DNA of 64,000 bases, taken from Escherichia phage P896. Shown here one piece after another: positions 63,014 through 64,000 of this stretch. The stretch is taken from the sequence record OL451225.1; one strand, written 5' to 3'. Under the pieces are notes generated by a model. That model did no database searches and had not been told where the DNA came from. It was given only the letters and a program-made list of their open reading frames with translations. The translations under genes and the position numbers were made by a program. Each line of letters begins with the position of its first letter. The stretch's first letter is position 1.

Positions 63014-63278
63014 ATTTGTGTTTGCAATGTCTGCATTTATAACGAAGATTACTAGTCTGCCAATGGACTAACTGGACCTGTTCAGTTCCACATTCTGGAC
63101 AGTTTGGAACGCTCTTAGAAGCACGTTCCCGGCGGCGAACCATAGCCATTACCATATCCCAATCAGGAACCTGACTATAATCATCAGTCCAGTTTATAAG
63201 ACCTTTATTAACCCCCGCTGCGGGGGTCCATTCTGGAAATGCAGTTTCTGCAATATCTTCAGCTAAACGTTGTTTCAT
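62985..63278 (-). CDS. Zinc-ribbon protein
   Basis: 97 aa; C-terminal CPECG...CRHCKHKF zinc-ribbon pattern. Confidence 0.45.
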   Translation of the reverse strand: MKQRLAEDIAETAFPEWTPAAGVNKGLINWTDDYSQVPDWDMVMAMVRRRERASKSVPNCPECGTEQVQLVHWQTSNLRYKCRHCKHKFEREENGKA

Positions 63279-63868
63279 TTCAGCAGCTCCAGAGCTTGTT
63301 CCAGTTTATCCAGACGATTGGTTGATTCTTCCCAAAGTCGCTTGGCTTTAGTATAGTCTTCAGTTGCCTTTTTATTAACAGCAAGAGCTTTATTATACGC
63401 CATTTCCAGAGCAATAATTTCAGGCGCTTTTTGTTTCACTGGCTCATTGTTCAGATTATCAATCAGGTCTTCAAGGGTGGTTTCTTGTGGTGCATTCATA
63501 ATTTCCTCACTTTTCTTTTTATGGATTTCTGTAACAGTTGGTTGCTTTGCACATTTAACTTCGCGTAATGTCACCACAATTTTCCAACCTTTCCAACCAT
63601 GAGTACTGGTGATAGGGTCTACTTTAATTTTTTCAACAGTGCGCATATAGTTAAGGGCACACACCAGCTGATGAGTAAGCGTACAGGCAACATCAAGATA
63701 CTTTTTGACATTTTCTGGAGTAGCCACCGGCGTAAAGAACTCATGCTTAACTGTAATAATTACCTGGTTTTCACCAGACTCTTTAACCTTTATCATGTGC
63801 TCAGCCAAATGGGAGATAGTGCGAAAATCACCGCCCATCAATTTTGTCGCTGATTTTATGATAGACAT
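63275..63868 (-). CDS. Hypothetical protein; start uncertain
   Basis: 197 aa from the ATG at 63868 in the track; by my hand reading the same frame stays open upstream to the window edge, so the true start may lie beyond the window. Confidence 0.45.
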   Translation of the reverse strand: MSIIKSATKLMGGDFRTISHLAEHMIKVKESGENQVIITVKHEFFTPVATPENVKKYLDVACTLTHQLVCALNYMRTVEKIKVDPITSTHGWKGWKIVVTLREVKCAKQPTVTEIHKKKSEEIMNAPQETTLEDLIDNLNNEPVKQKAPEIIALEMAYNKALAVNKKATEDYTKAKRLWEESTNRLDKLEQALELLK

Positions 63869-64000
63869 TTTATTATCTCTGAATTCACGAGCCCAGCAAT
63901 GTGCGAATTCAGAAACAGTATAGCCTTGTTTATCAAGGTAGTATTTTTCAACATCGCCAAACCAATGATACCCAATTGTACCTTTACCGCGGTTGGATTC

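Noticed and set aside
1-64000. tRNA genes, CRISPR arrays, integrase or transposase genes
   Set aside because: No cloverleaf-like conserved tRNA sequences, repeat-spacer arrays or recombinase motifs were recognised; the window appears to be a contiguous lytic T-even phage segment.

Overview
This 64 kb window is a segment of a T4-like (T-even type) myophage genome. The + strand at the left carries the late long-tail-fibre operon (34-35-36-37-38) and holin t, preceded by the 5' end of rnh on the - strand. From about 10.8 kb onward almost everything is on the - strand, in the same order as the T4 early/middle region as I recall it: asiA, arn-like, motA, 52, ac, stp, ndd, denB, rIIB, rIIA, an unsplit 39(+60) topoisomerase gene, dexA, dda, srd-like, two ModA/ModB-type ADP-ribosyltransferases, soc, 56, 61, a block of small ORFs including an Sp-like lipoprotein, 41, 40, uvsX, imm, 43, regA, 62, 44, 45, rpbA, 46, 47, 55, nrdH-like, nrdG, nrdD, 49 and nrdC. 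Core gene calls rest on the six-frame track, on motifs I can read in the translations, and on my recollection of T4 proteins and gene order; nothing was searched against a database. No single large novel system is evident. The most interesting material is in the plastic regions between core genes: a family of repeated early promoter/stem-loop cassettes with a conserved leader 11-mer, a junction segment shared by two unrelated adjacent small genes, a small protein with a possible H-G-S ADP-ribosyltransferase-like signature, and a + strand micro-ORF where T4 carries dam. The glucosyltransferase genes and gene 42 are absent from their T4 positions although dCTPase (56) is present. No tRNA, rRNA, CRISPR array, intron or homing endonuclease gene was recognised.
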